The notes: generated by a model from the letters alone, not told the origin. Positions 1-8,667 are shown, counted from the stretch's first letter. The stretch is DNA of 29,357 bases from Promethearchaeota archaeon (GCA_004524535.1 SDNY01000038.1:1-29357), one strand, 5' to 3'. Program-made: numbers and translations.

Positions 1-47
1 AGAGATTTGATGAAATTAAAGAAACACATTTCAAAAAAAAGGAGTAA
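1..47 (+). CDS. Possible 3' end of a gene entering from the left edge (…RFDEIKETHFKKKE*)
   Basis: The frame starting at base 3 is open to TAA at 45-47 and stops just before the convergent Mut7-C stop at 53. Too short to identify. Confidence 0.3.
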   Translation, partial: RFDEIKETHFKKKE

Positions 48-52
48 TCCAC

Positions 53-541
53 TCAAATATTCATTTTCTTTAATTTATTAACGATATTTTCTATATGAGT
101 TCCTTTCCAATATATTTTCTTACAGTTTGAATTAGTACATTGATAGAAATCATCGTTATACTTAAAAGTTTCTGGCTCAACCAAATTTTTAATTGAATTT
201 TTATTATCTACTTCTGTCAACTCGAAATTGCATTTTGAACATCTCGCTTTTTTCATCTTAAAATTATAACTTAAATCAAGTTTAATTTTAAGTTGTTTTA
301 GGTAGTTATACACACCTTCGCCTTCAAGTAAAATACTTTTATCTCTGTTTTTTTTATGGAGCAGATAATCCTTTGTTATGATGATCCGGTTGTTTTGTTC
401 AGCATATTCTAATAACTTATCATCTGGAACTGGATTAATTTGAAAGTAATCTTCTAAATCGTTAGCATAAACAGTATCATATCCAAAGATTCGAAGAAAT
501 CTAGTAAGCCTTCCAAACATCGCGTCTGTAACGAACTTCAT
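53..541 (-). CDS. Mut7-C RNase domain protein (PIN-like fold plus C-terminal zinc ribbon)
   Basis: N-terminal KFVTDAMFGRLTRFLRIFGYDT, then IIITKD, RCSKCN and FYQCTNSNCKKIYWKGTH, all typical of Mut7-C proteins. Confidence 0.9.
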   Translation of the reverse strand: MKFVTDAMFGRLTRFLRIFGYDTVYANDLEDYFQINPVPDDKLLEYAEQNNRIIITKDYLLHKKNRDKSILLEGEGVYNYLKQLKIKLDLSYNFKMKKARCSKCNFELTEVDNKNSIKNLVEPETFKYNDDFYQCTNSNCKKIYWKGTHIENIVNKLKKMNI

Positions 542-610
542 TTCTATTATAAATATTAATGTTCGTTCATTATATAAAATATATAATTAATGTAATGGTG
601 TTTAGTTGAT

Positions 611-1147
611 TTGGAAACAAATGAATTAATGAAAAAAGCAGTTAAATTCCACGGGCATACTTGTCCCGGCGTAGCCTTAGGCGTTTTAGTATCTAAATAT
701 ATCTTAGAACATGGTAATGATTTTTCTATTGATGAAGAATTGGTTGCTGTCGTTGAAAATGATAATTGTAGTGTTGACGCAATACAAGCATTGCTTGGAA
801 CTACGTTTGGAAAGGGAAATTTCATTCATTTGGATTATGGAAAAAATAATTACACATTTTATAATAGAACTAATAAAAAGGCTGTAAAACTCTCATTAAA
901 AAGTAGTAGTTTTGGAAATCATAATTTATCAAAAAATGAGCGTATAGAAGGATTATTAAAATCTAAACCTGAGGATATTTTCAAAATTCGAGAAGTTGAA
1001 TTTAATCCTCCTGAGAAAGCTCAAATACATAACTCTATCAATTGCGAGAATTGTGGCGATGCAACAATGGCAATTAAAATACAAGAATATGAGGGAAAAA
1101 AGCTATGTATTCCTTGTTATGAAAAAATTAAAAAAATAACAATATAA
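611..1147 (+). CDS. fmdE: FmdE-family protein with C-terminal zinc finger
   Basis: FHGHTCPGVALG, ENDNCSVDAIQ, TFGKGN and a C-terminal CENCG…CIPC finger. TTG start. Confidence 0.88.
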   Translation: METNELMKKAVKFHGHTCPGVALGVLVSKYILEHGNDFSIDEELVAVVENDNCSVDAIQALLGTTFGKGNFIHLDYGKNNYTFYNRTNKKAVKLSLKSSSFGNHNLSKNERIEGLLKSKPEDIFKIREVEFNPPEKAQIHNSINCENCGDATMAIKIQEYEGKKLCIPCYEKIKKITI

Positions 1148-1192
1148 TTAAAAAATTAAATATTTTAGTTTGTGTTATATAAACTTTGTATA

Positions 1193-1636
1193 ATGATAAT
1201 ACGAGAATTTTCTGAGCAAGATATTGACGAAATTACTTCTTTAATGAAAAAACTCTGTTCAATAAAAGGACAACAATTTGACGAGGAAAGATGGAGGACT
1301 AGCCTAGAAAAACAAATGAAACGGGATTCAAATACGGGGGTTATTGTTGCTTTCGATAAAGATATGAATCAAATTCTTGGAATGGGCCATTGTTCAGTTA
1401 GAAATTCGGATAACGGCTTTCGATTCGGATATATTTCCAACTTAATAGTTAAAGAAGAGAGGAGAAGAACTGGCATTGGAGAAAAAATAATGCGGCATAT
1501 AATAGACTTTTTTAAAAAAAATCATATTCAATCTATTAGATTAGCTTTAAAAACTAATTTTGATAAAGGAGCTCAAACTTTATTTACAAAACTAGGTTTT
1601 AATGAAATTTTTAAAATTTACGAATTACAGTTATGA
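1193..1636 (+). CDS. GNAT-family N-acetyltransferase
   Basis: Acetyl-CoA motif A (LIVKEERRRTGIGEKIM) and the C-terminal LFTKLGF motif. ATG at 1193 (MIIREF) is preferred over GTG at 1172. Confidence 0.88.
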   Translation: MIIREFSEQDIDEITSLMKKLCSIKGQQFDEERWRTSLEKQMKRDSNTGVIVAFDKDMNQILGMGHCSVRNSDNGFRFGYISNLIVKEERRRTGIGEKIMRHIIDFFKKNHIQSIRLALKTNFDKGAQTLFTKLGFNEIFKIYELQL

Positions 1637-1662
1637 ATTACATGTAGTAAGATGAATATAAT

Positions 1663-2901
1663 ATGATAAAGAATATACAAAAAGGACAAACATTATTAGT
1701 AAAAGGCCCTACGAGAATAACACTATTAGAAGGAAAATTAGAAGTACTTGGAAAGATAATTTCTCCAGAAAAAGAAAAATCTACATCAAGTTTGTCCGAA
1801 TTTGATGAAGATAATGTCATAATTATCCCAGGTGCTAATCATTACCCTTTATTTGCGTTGGAAAATTCAAAATTAGAGATATATACATCAAATGAAATAG
1901 AGAATCTAACATTAATAGAAGAAAATTCTATTTCTAGCAGATGGGTTGAAATTAAAGATACACTCTTAGAATACATCAAAAATAATGAGAATAAAACGAT
2001 AAAAATAATGGTTTTGGGGATTAGTAGTGGAAAAACAACTATTATCAAATATCTGGGAAATAATTTTCTTAAAAATGGGCTAAAAGGCTGTTATTTAGAT
2101 AGCGATCTCGGTCAGCAAATCTGTTATTTGCCAACTACTCTTAATATTGGAACAATTAAGGGTTCAATTATTTCGGGTGAGGATATTGAACCCGAGAAAA
2201 CATTTTTTATTGGCGCGACATTCCCTAAGGGAAATTACAAATTTATAGTATCAATTTATTGTAAGAATTTAATTGATGATTATATCAAAAATAATAAAAA
2301 TACTAACTTTGTATTAATCGATACAGATGGCTGGATAAGGCAAGAAGCAGGTGTTATCTACAAAGATTTTTTTATTAAAACAGTAGATCCTGATGTCTTA
2401 ATCGTATTTCATGATGACACTATTAATGAATTAAAAGATATAATAAAAACAGCAAAGTTAAGAAAAGATAGAAAGATCTATTTAATAAAAGAAGCTAATA
2501 AATATTTTTATGAAAAAGATAAAGAAGAAAGAAGATTTTTAAGGCAAAGTCAATTTGCTAAGATTTTAGAAAAATATAGAAAAATTACTATTCCACTAAA
2601 CCAAAATGAAATTGAATTTGTAAAGAGCGATTATGATCCAGAATCTAACGAAATAATTGAGAGAAAAATTGATATATACGAATTAACCAAACTTCCATAT
2701 CATTATGTGATAATCTCGCTTTTAGATAAAGACTCTAAATTGATAAAAATAGGGCTTTTATTTGTTATAAATTTAGAAAAAGGTTATGTTTTGATATTTT
2801 CAGATTTATCATATAAAGAACAGACAAGAATAAAAAAAATTTTGCTAGGATCGCTTAGACTTTCAATCAAAGGCAACCACCAGGGTTATTTATACCTTTA
2901 G
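1663..2901 (+). CDS. Clp1/Nol9(Grc3)-family polynucleotide 5'-hydroxyl kinase
   Basis: N-terminal beta domain (TLLVKGPTRITLLEGKLEVLG), P-loop-like GISSGKTT, LDSDLGQ, LIDTDGW and the lid motif ERRFLR. Confidence 0.85.
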   Translation: MIKNIQKGQTLLVKGPTRITLLEGKLEVLGKIISPEKEKSTSSLSEFDEDNVIIIPGANHYPLFALENSKLEIYTSNEIENLTLIEENSISSRWVEIKDTLLEYIKNNENKTIKIMVLGISSGKTTIIKYLGNNFLKNGLKGCYLDSDLGQQICYLPTTLNIGTIKGSIISGEDIEPEKTFFIGATFPKGNYKFIVSIYCKNLIDDYIKNNKNTNFVLIDTDGWIRQEAGVIYKDFFIKTVDPDVLIVFHDDTINELKDIIKTAKLRKDRKIYLIKEANKYFYEKDKEERRFLRQSQFAKILEKYRKITIPLNQNEIEFVKSDYDPESNEIIERKIDIYELTKLPYHYVIISLLDKDSKLIKIGLLFVINLEKGYVLIFSDLSYKEQTRIKKILLGSLRLSIKGNHQGYLYL

Positions 2902-2942
2902 TTCTTTAATGGAAACCAGGAATCCGTAAACTTCTTTAATTC

Positions 2943-3443
2943 TTATTTTCTTTTTTCCCAATATTTACTCCTAGATTCACTTCTCGCTTCATTAGCGCAC
3001 ATAGGACACCAATGCCCTGGCTTAATATTATGAAGCATAGCTTTCCATTCATAATTATGAATATTACACTTCCATCTCAATTTTACTTTATCTCCAAGAT
3101 ATTTCTTTGACAGACAATCTCCATTCCTACTTTTTGCTAGATCTTGCATTTCTTTAATTTTATTGGGTGGTGAAACATCAAGAGATTTCCAATCAATTCC
3201 AACGGTATCAATGGGTGCCTGGATACCATTTTCAATGCATAAATTCCTAATCTCTTGTTCCATTTCATCAAATCTAATTTTATGAAGTTTAACATTTATC
3301 CACTTAAAACCTATTGCTATTAAAGTAACACCACGTTTTTTACATAAATTTCTCTTCCTTTCATCTATTCTCTGCTGGTGTCTAAACTTTTCTTCTGTCC
3401 TATGAAAAATTTTCACGAAACGATATAGAATTATCGTAATCAT
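2943..3443 (-). pseudogene. Probable 5'-truncated endonuclease (DUF559/Vsr-like C-terminal part) plus zinc-ribbon domain
   Basis: YRFVKIFHRTEEKFRHQQRIDERKRNLCKKRGVTLIAI resembles the end of a PD-(D/E)xK/DUF559-type nuclease domain, but the upstream acidic catalytic segment is missing. The C-terminal LAKSRNGDCLSKKY…WKC…H…W…WCPMC is a zinc-ribbon repeat unit. Confidence 0.55.
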
Positions 3444-3548
3444 TATATTTCGCTTTAATTAATAAATATAAAAAATTATTATTGTGCTTACATTACCTTA
3501 TAATTAAACAAATTTTAGATCTTAATATAACAAAATTTATTTTTAAAA

Positions 3549-5009
3549 ATGATGAATGAGGAAAGGCTTTCTAAGTTTGTTAAATTGATGTCTAAGAGCA
3601 TCACTGATTCTGATTTGGAGCTTGTTAATCTAGGTAAGAAATTAGGATTAGATCTAGTGCTATTTGCTGATTTAAGAGGATCTCAAGAAGATGAGTTCGC
3701 AGATAAGGTAAGAAAAAAAGCATTAGAAAAAATGGAAGAAAATAGGGATCATTATTTAAGTGATACTGATACTTTTTATGCTGGAAGCATTGATTTCATG
3801 GTCTGCGACGAGTCGGAGGGTAAGAAATTCTTTCTTTTAGAAACCAATGGTGGTTCGAATAGGGGTCTTTCGATTTTAACAATAAAGCAACAAGCAGTAA
3901 AGTATGATGGATATTTTGAAGCAATTAGGCAAGCGATAGAGAGCAATAAGAGAGGGGATAATAAAGTTCTAGTGCTAGTTGGAGTTCCCATAAATGATGG
4001 ATTGATTCATGAAAAAGTAATTATGATTGAATATTTAAGAAAAAAAGTTATAGCTAAAGATCTTACTGTTGGAATATATAATATTAATAATTTTTCCCAT
4101 GATTTTAAGGAGGATGTAGCTTTTTTAATTGCTGATTATAAACAATTATCCACCACTCTCTCATTTTCAGACAAATGGGTAAAAATTAACCAAGAATCTA
4201 AGATAAGCGTATTATTAGCAGATGGTATCGCAAGGCGCCTTCATGATGAAGCTTTTTCGAAATTAGTTAAGGTGGATTTCCGCAAAATTAACAGTATTAT
4301 TGTTAATCCCATCTTTAGAATAACTGATGATAAATCTCTAACTTATTTAGCTAGCTTTTTCGCAAAAGAAGCTCTTGAGAAATATAATCTTAAGTACCTT
4401 CTATTCACAAAGGCGTATACAGAAGAAGATTTAATTGAGAAAATTAAATATGTGATAAATACCTATAAAAAACCATTTATTATCAAACCTAATGGGGGAT
4501 CAGGGGGAGCAGGTGTAATTCCAATAGGTCCTGATGAGGATCTAAATAATCTGAAAGATTTAGTTGAAGAGAGTAAGAAGGAATTTTTCGCTAAATTCAT
4601 GAAAAATAGAGACCCTTATCCCTATACCATTCAAGAAATGGCTGAATTCTCAGTCATTACTCCACCGTGGGCTAAAGATGAGAATCAAAAACATACTTTT
4701 GATTTAAGAATTTATTTGGCACAAAAAGAAGGAAAAATCATACCTTTAGGAGGATTAGCCCGAATCGCAAGAGGAACGTATAGCGGAAGCTTGGATAAAC
4801 AAGAATTTGTGGTGAATTTATCGGGATTTGATGGGCAGATTGAGGTTTTTCGAGGACAAGGAATCTCAGAAAAGAATGCTAAGATGTTAAACTTAACTCT
4901 TGAGGATTTCGTAAATATCTTTTGTATTGGCTGTGTTTTGTTTGTAAGCATGACAAAAAATTACCAGAAAATAATGAATTTTTCTGATTGGGATCAAATA
5001 ATAGGATAA
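3549..5009 (+). CDS. Circularly permuted ATP-grasp amide/peptide ligase
   Basis: ATP-grasp motifs DDK (K262), FIIKPNGGSGGAGV (K313), TIQE, FDLRIY (R387) and VVNLSG (N423). The normally C-terminal GSIDFM…FFLLETN metal motif sits at about residues 79-100. Confidence 0.8.
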   Translation: MMNEERLSKFVKLMSKSITDSDLELVNLGKKLGLDLVLFADLRGSQEDEFADKVRKKALEKMEENRDHYLSDTDTFYAGSIDFMVCDESEGKKFFLLETNGGSNRGLSILTIKQQAVKYDGYFEAIRQAIESNKRGDNKVLVLVGVPINDGLIHEKVIMIEYLRKKVIAKDLTVGIYNINNFSHDFKEDVAFLIADYKQLSTTLSFSDKWVKINQESKISVLLADGIARRLHDEAFSKLVKVDFRKINSIIVNPIFRITDDKSLTYLASFFAKEALEKYNLKYLLFTKAYTEEDLIEKIKYVINTYKKPFIIKPNGGSGGAGVIPIGPDEDLNNLKDLVEESKKEFFAKFMKNRDPYPYTIQEMAEFSVITPPWAKDENQKHTFDLRIYLAQKEGKIIPLGGLARIARGTYSGSLDKQEFVVNLSGFDGQIEVFRGQGISEKNAKMLNLTLEDFVNIFCIGCVLFVSMTKNYQKIMNFSDWDQIIG

Positions 5010-5025
5010 AGAGATAATTGTATAA

Positions 5026-6186
5026 ATGGAACTTGAAACTTTAAAATTACTTCTGAATAAAAATGAAAGAAAGACTTTATATTTAGAGATTATAAATAAA
5101 CTTGAAAAATTAGACAAATTAGAATATATCTCCTATAAAAAATTCGAAACCTCTGAAGGAATTATACCTATAATATTTATTACTAAAACTCTTGATAAAG
5201 ATGAGATTAAACCTGTAAAAATGTTTATTGGTGCCCAGCACAACGAATATAACGGTCTCTTTGGCATCTTGGAGTTTCTCAAAATGGTCCAAGAACAAAA
5301 GATAAATATTGAAGAAATTTTAAAAAAAGACCAGATTTTAATTTTTCTTCCATTAATGAATCCTTACGGTTTCCTCAATCCTTCTAAAGATAATAAATCA
5401 GGCTATTATTTAAAAAATGGCACGAATCTTAACAGATTCTGGCGTAGAACCTTTGCTCCTGAATATCAAAATTTTAACGATGATCATATTGAATATCCTA
5501 TTCCAGAACACGCTAAAATTGTAAAAAGGGTACTCAATAACTATTGGGAAAAAGAAGATATACCCATTTATGTATTAGATTTTCATGAAACTTCACTTCT
5601 AGAAAGGATTCCAAATGAATTAAACAGGGAATTAAAAAAAAAGTCTATCACTTATAAATTTGATCATTGGCTTAAAGAAAACATCATACTAAATGTAATG
5701 GAACTCTATGATATAAAATATTATAAAAAACCTTTATTTTTTAAATGTAATCCATCTGCAAATCATAACCATATTAACTTAAGTATTAAACAAATTGATT
5801 ATGTCTTCGAAAAATTATTAGAATATTTAAGAGCAAATAGAGAAAAATTGCCTTTTTATTTTTGCTACTGTGAGAAAAGCAAAGAATATTGCGAGAGTGT
5901 AGCATATGAAGTTTATAATACGTTAAAAGATAATCTTTGGGAGACTTGTTGTCCAGCCGTCGATCATTTTCATGATCATGGATGTTTTGTGAAATTGGGC
6001 GATGCTACCCCACGAAAAAATCTATTTTCAATGGAATTGGAATCTCAAAAACAATTTTTCAATTTATTTGAGGAAATAGAGAAAAGTAAAACTGATCCTA
6101 ATTACTATGAAAATAAATTAAAATGTATCAATCTTGGTATTGAACTAGCCAAGGAAGCTATATTCGCTCTTATTAAAAAGTTTTAA
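5026..6186 (+). CDS. M14-like zinc carboxypeptidase / succinylglutamate desuccinylase-aspartoacylase superfamily protein
   Basis: FIGAQHNEYNG (variant Zn motif), LPLMNPYG, NLNRFW, LDFHET and a late FSMELE candidate catalytic Glu. Starts 16 nt after the ATP-grasp stop. Confidence 0.8.
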   Translation: MELETLKLLLNKNERKTLYLEIINKLEKLDKLEYISYKKFETSEGIIPIIFITKTLDKDEIKPVKMFIGAQHNEYNGLFGILEFLKMVQEQKINIEEILKKDQILIFLPLMNPYGFLNPSKDNKSGYYLKNGTNLNRFWRRTFAPEYQNFNDDHIEYPIPEHAKIVKRVLNNYWEKEDIPIYVLDFHETSLLERIPNELNRELKKKSITYKFDHWLKENIILNVMELYDIKYYKKPLFFKCNPSANHNHINLSIKQIDYVFEKLLEYLRANREKLPFYFCYCEKSKEYCESVAYEVYNTLKDNLWETCCPAVDHFHDHGCFVKLGDATPRKNLFSMELESQKQFFNLFEEIEKSKTDPNYYENKLKCINLGIELAKEAIFALIKKF

Positions 6187-7170
6187 CTATTTATTAAGAA
6201 ATTTAAGAATAGCTCCAACTATCGCAAGTTCGTCTTTTTTATATATATGGCGTCCTTTATTCATTATTAATTGATTTTCTGCTGATAATTCCAGAATCTC
6301 TCTATTTTCTTCAAAATTTTTGAACGGTATTATTCTATCATTCCTTGAGTGTATAAGAAAGACTCTATTTGTAAATTTTTTCCATTCCTCTTGAGAAAAA
6401 TCATTTTTTAAATTTTTTATAATGAGGTAAGGGGACAATTGTTCATTAACCTCATCGTTAGGTTTTAAATTTATGCCTTTCATTAGATAACTAAATTTAA
6501 CTATACGTTTTGATATCTTTATGTTTTCTCTATATTTTGAGATTGATGAGATTGCAACAATTTTTTCAATCTTTTTATTGGAAAAGCCTCCACAAAAAAC
6601 CGTTAATGCCCCTATGCTTATTCCAATGCAGTTGATTTTAAAATTTTTAAATTTATCGTGATTTCTTAACCATTTAATTATTGTTTTAAAATCCTCAATA
6701 CGCTTTATAAAATCGCTTCTTTTTCCAGTTTTTTTAGATCTTCCCATCCCTCGTGCATCATATGTTAAAATTACATATCCATGATATACCAATGGAAAAT
6801 AGTAATACTGGAGAGTTTCTTTAGTATCAGAAAATCCTGGACTTATAATCACTATTGTATTTTTTAAACTTACAGCCTCTTGATTTCTTGAAATTATCAG
6901 ATCTGCGTATAAATATCCCCCTTCAACATTAATTTTAACTTTCGATTTTTTAATCGCTTCTAAATGGAGAGATTTCCATCTATCAAAATATATCTCCCTC
7001 AAACTAAAATAAATTTGAAAAGGTGTAAAAATAATTAAAAAAGTCGTAATAGATAAAATTAAACATGTCCAGCAGGTATTTCCCCACGAAGAATTTACGT
7101 GCCAAATAAACGCACTAATTAAAACATCAATGACGATTAAAATAAAATATTTTTTAGTTTTAGTTAGCAT
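6187..7170 (-). CDS. Membrane-anchored alpha/beta hydrolase
   Basis: Two N-terminal hydrophobic helices, SPGF oxyanion segment, YDARGMGRS, nucleophile elbow GISIG, HSRNDRII (Asp) and GRH (His). Confidence 0.85.
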   Translation of the reverse strand: MLTKTKKYFILIVIDVLISAFIWHVNSSWGNTCWTCLILSITTFLIIFTPFQIYFSLREIYFDRWKSLHLEAIKKSKVKINVEGGYLYADLIISRNQEAVSLKNTIVIISPGFSDTKETLQYYYFPLVYHGYVILTYDARGMGRSKKTGKRSDFIKRIEDFKTIIKWLRNHDKFKNFKINCIGISIGALTVFCGGFSNKKIEKIVAISSISKYRENIKISKRIVKFSYLMKGINLKPNDEVNEQLSPYLIIKNLKNDFSQEEWKKFTNRVFLIHSRNDRIIPFKNFEENREILELSAENQLIMNKGRHIYKKDELAIVGAILKFLNK

Positions 7171-7180
7171 GTGAAAAGAG

Positions 7181-7543
7181 TTATTTTTTTCTTACGCCTC
7201 TTCTTTCTGCTTCGGTCCAAGGTTTCTTTTTTGATTCTTTTCCAGGCGGACACCCAAAATCATCTCTAACTTTACAATCTGGCTTGCTATCACTACCTGA
7301 ACAGGGTTCGCACTTAATTTTTCTCATCATTTTCTCTACTTCACTAATTTCATAGCCGAATTCTTCATCTTCAGTCTCATCTGCCAACATCTCATCTTCT
7401 ATTTCACTGAGGTCGTAAATTACATCATCAGTTAAGTCATCTTTCTCATCGTATAAATCTAAAATTTCTTCTCCATCTTCATCAACTTTCCCTTCAGGTA
7501 TTTCATCATTTTCAGCTACTTTAGTAGGTTTTTTTTTTGCCAC
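7181..7543 (-). CDS. Small hypothetical protein: acidic tract, Cys4 motif, basic termini
   Basis: GTG start. Residues 11-70 are 30/60 Asp/Glu, followed by CEPC…C…CP and Lys/Arg-rich ends. Its stop is 10 nt from the hydrolase start. Confidence 0.75.
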   Translation of the reverse strand: MAKKKPTKVAENDEIPEGKVDEDGEEILDLYDEKDDLTDDVIYDLSEIEDEMLADETEDEEFGYEISEVEKMMRKIKCEPCSGSDSKPDCKVRDDFGCPPGKESKKKPWTEAERRGVRKK

Positions 7544-7636
7544 TTATTACTCACAACATTATGATTTAATGGATATTTGAATTAAAATTATTTATTTAAT
7601 ATAAAATAAATTGAAATTTAGATTTTATGATTTTAT

Positions 7637-8614
7637 TTAAACCATACCTATTTCTGTTTCAATCAGCCTAGTCATACCAATGTCAAAGAAGTTTTGGAAG
7701 CTATTTAAGAAATATTTAATGGAGTTCCTGAGTTCAAGTTCTTCAAAAGTTTCTCCTAGCTTTATTTTAGTAAATATTGAATTTAAATTATTTAACTCAT
7801 TATAGAACTCTGAAATTGTTTTGAGATTGATATTATCATAATCATTTACTATGTCTATTAGAAGCTTGGGAATTTTGTTGAGTAGATCAGAATATTTCTT
7901 TATAACATTTGAAGGAAAATGTTGTAAGTTTAATGACTCGTTAATAAAATCTTTAACATAGATAAGAACGACGCGGTTTCCCAAGAATTGAATAACAGGC
8001 AAATTACGATAACTCCTAGAGACGGGATAATCTGATAATCCCGTAATAAGAATTCTCCTGCCTAAAGAATATTTTCTATCAATTTCAGCTAATAATAATT
8101 CGTTATTTTTTTTAGGTTTCCCTTCGATGACATTTTTGATTATTCTATTGAAGGTATTAATTAATTCCATAAGCACATCTTTAAAAGTCTTTTTTGAGGT
8201 GTCCGTTAAGAAGTATACAAGAAATTGATTTGTGTCTTGTAATTCTTTGAAATCCATGCCAATCATTTCCCCCCTCAATTGAGTTAATAAATCAAAAATA
8301 TCATCTTGAGATTTATTACTAAGTTGAATGTAAATCTCATTAACGTCGAGCTTAAATGCTGAAATGAGCGCTTGTTTGATTAAATCAATTGACCATTCAA
8401 GACTGATGTTAAGTACTGTCTTTTGTTTCTCTTTATCACCAGTTTTTATGACTATTGAGGATTCATCAATAGGATATATAGTTACTTCAGATTTTTCTTT
8501 TAGTTTTGCTTCCTTGGTCCAATCTTGTGGAAACGTAATTGCATGAGAATTTCCAAGCTTTATTACACTTCTTACATATTTCTCCTTAAAATCTTTATCA
8601 GTATTTTCAACCAT
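7637..8614 (-). CDS. AbrB/MazE/SpoVT DNA-binding domain fused to PhoU-like helical domain (archaeal phosphate-uptake-regulator type)
   Basis: N-terminal VRSVIKLGNSHAITFPQDW AbrB signature, then LISAFKLD and a helical PhoU-like C-terminal region (EIDRKY). GGTGA SD-like motif upstream. Confidence 0.75.
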   Translation of the reverse strand: MVENTDKDFKEKYVRSVIKLGNSHAITFPQDWTKEAKLKEKSEVTIYPIDESSIVIKTGDKEKQKTVLNISLEWSIDLIKQALISAFKLDVNEIYIQLSNKSQDDIFDLLTQLRGEMIGMDFKELQDTNQFLVYFLTDTSKKTFKDVLMELINTFNRIIKNVIEGKPKKNNELLLAEIDRKYSLGRRILITGLSDYPVSRSYRNLPVIQFLGNRVVLIYVKDFINESLNLQHFPSNVIKKYSDLLNKIPKLLIDIVNDYDNINLKTISEFYNELNNLNSIFTKIKLGETFEELELRNSIKYFLNSFQNFFDIGMTRLIETEIGMV

Positions 8615-8649
8615 TAAAATTCACCTTAATGAAATATGAATAAATTGAG

Positions 8650-8667
8650 TTATATTATATAATATAA
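8650..8667. promoter_or_regulatory. Perfect 18-bp A/T palindrome upstream of the AbrB-PhoU regulator (candidate operator or TATA region)
   Basis: TTATATTATATAATATAA equals its own reverse complement and lies 36-53 nt upstream of the start at 8614. Low complexity limits its significance. Confidence 0.3.

Noticed and set aside
2902-2940. 9-bp direct repeat TTCTTTAAT between clp1 and the zinc-ribbon gene, considered as a target-site duplication
   Set aside because: Both copies lie on the same side of the putative element, only 21 nt apart, and the sequence is AT-rich.
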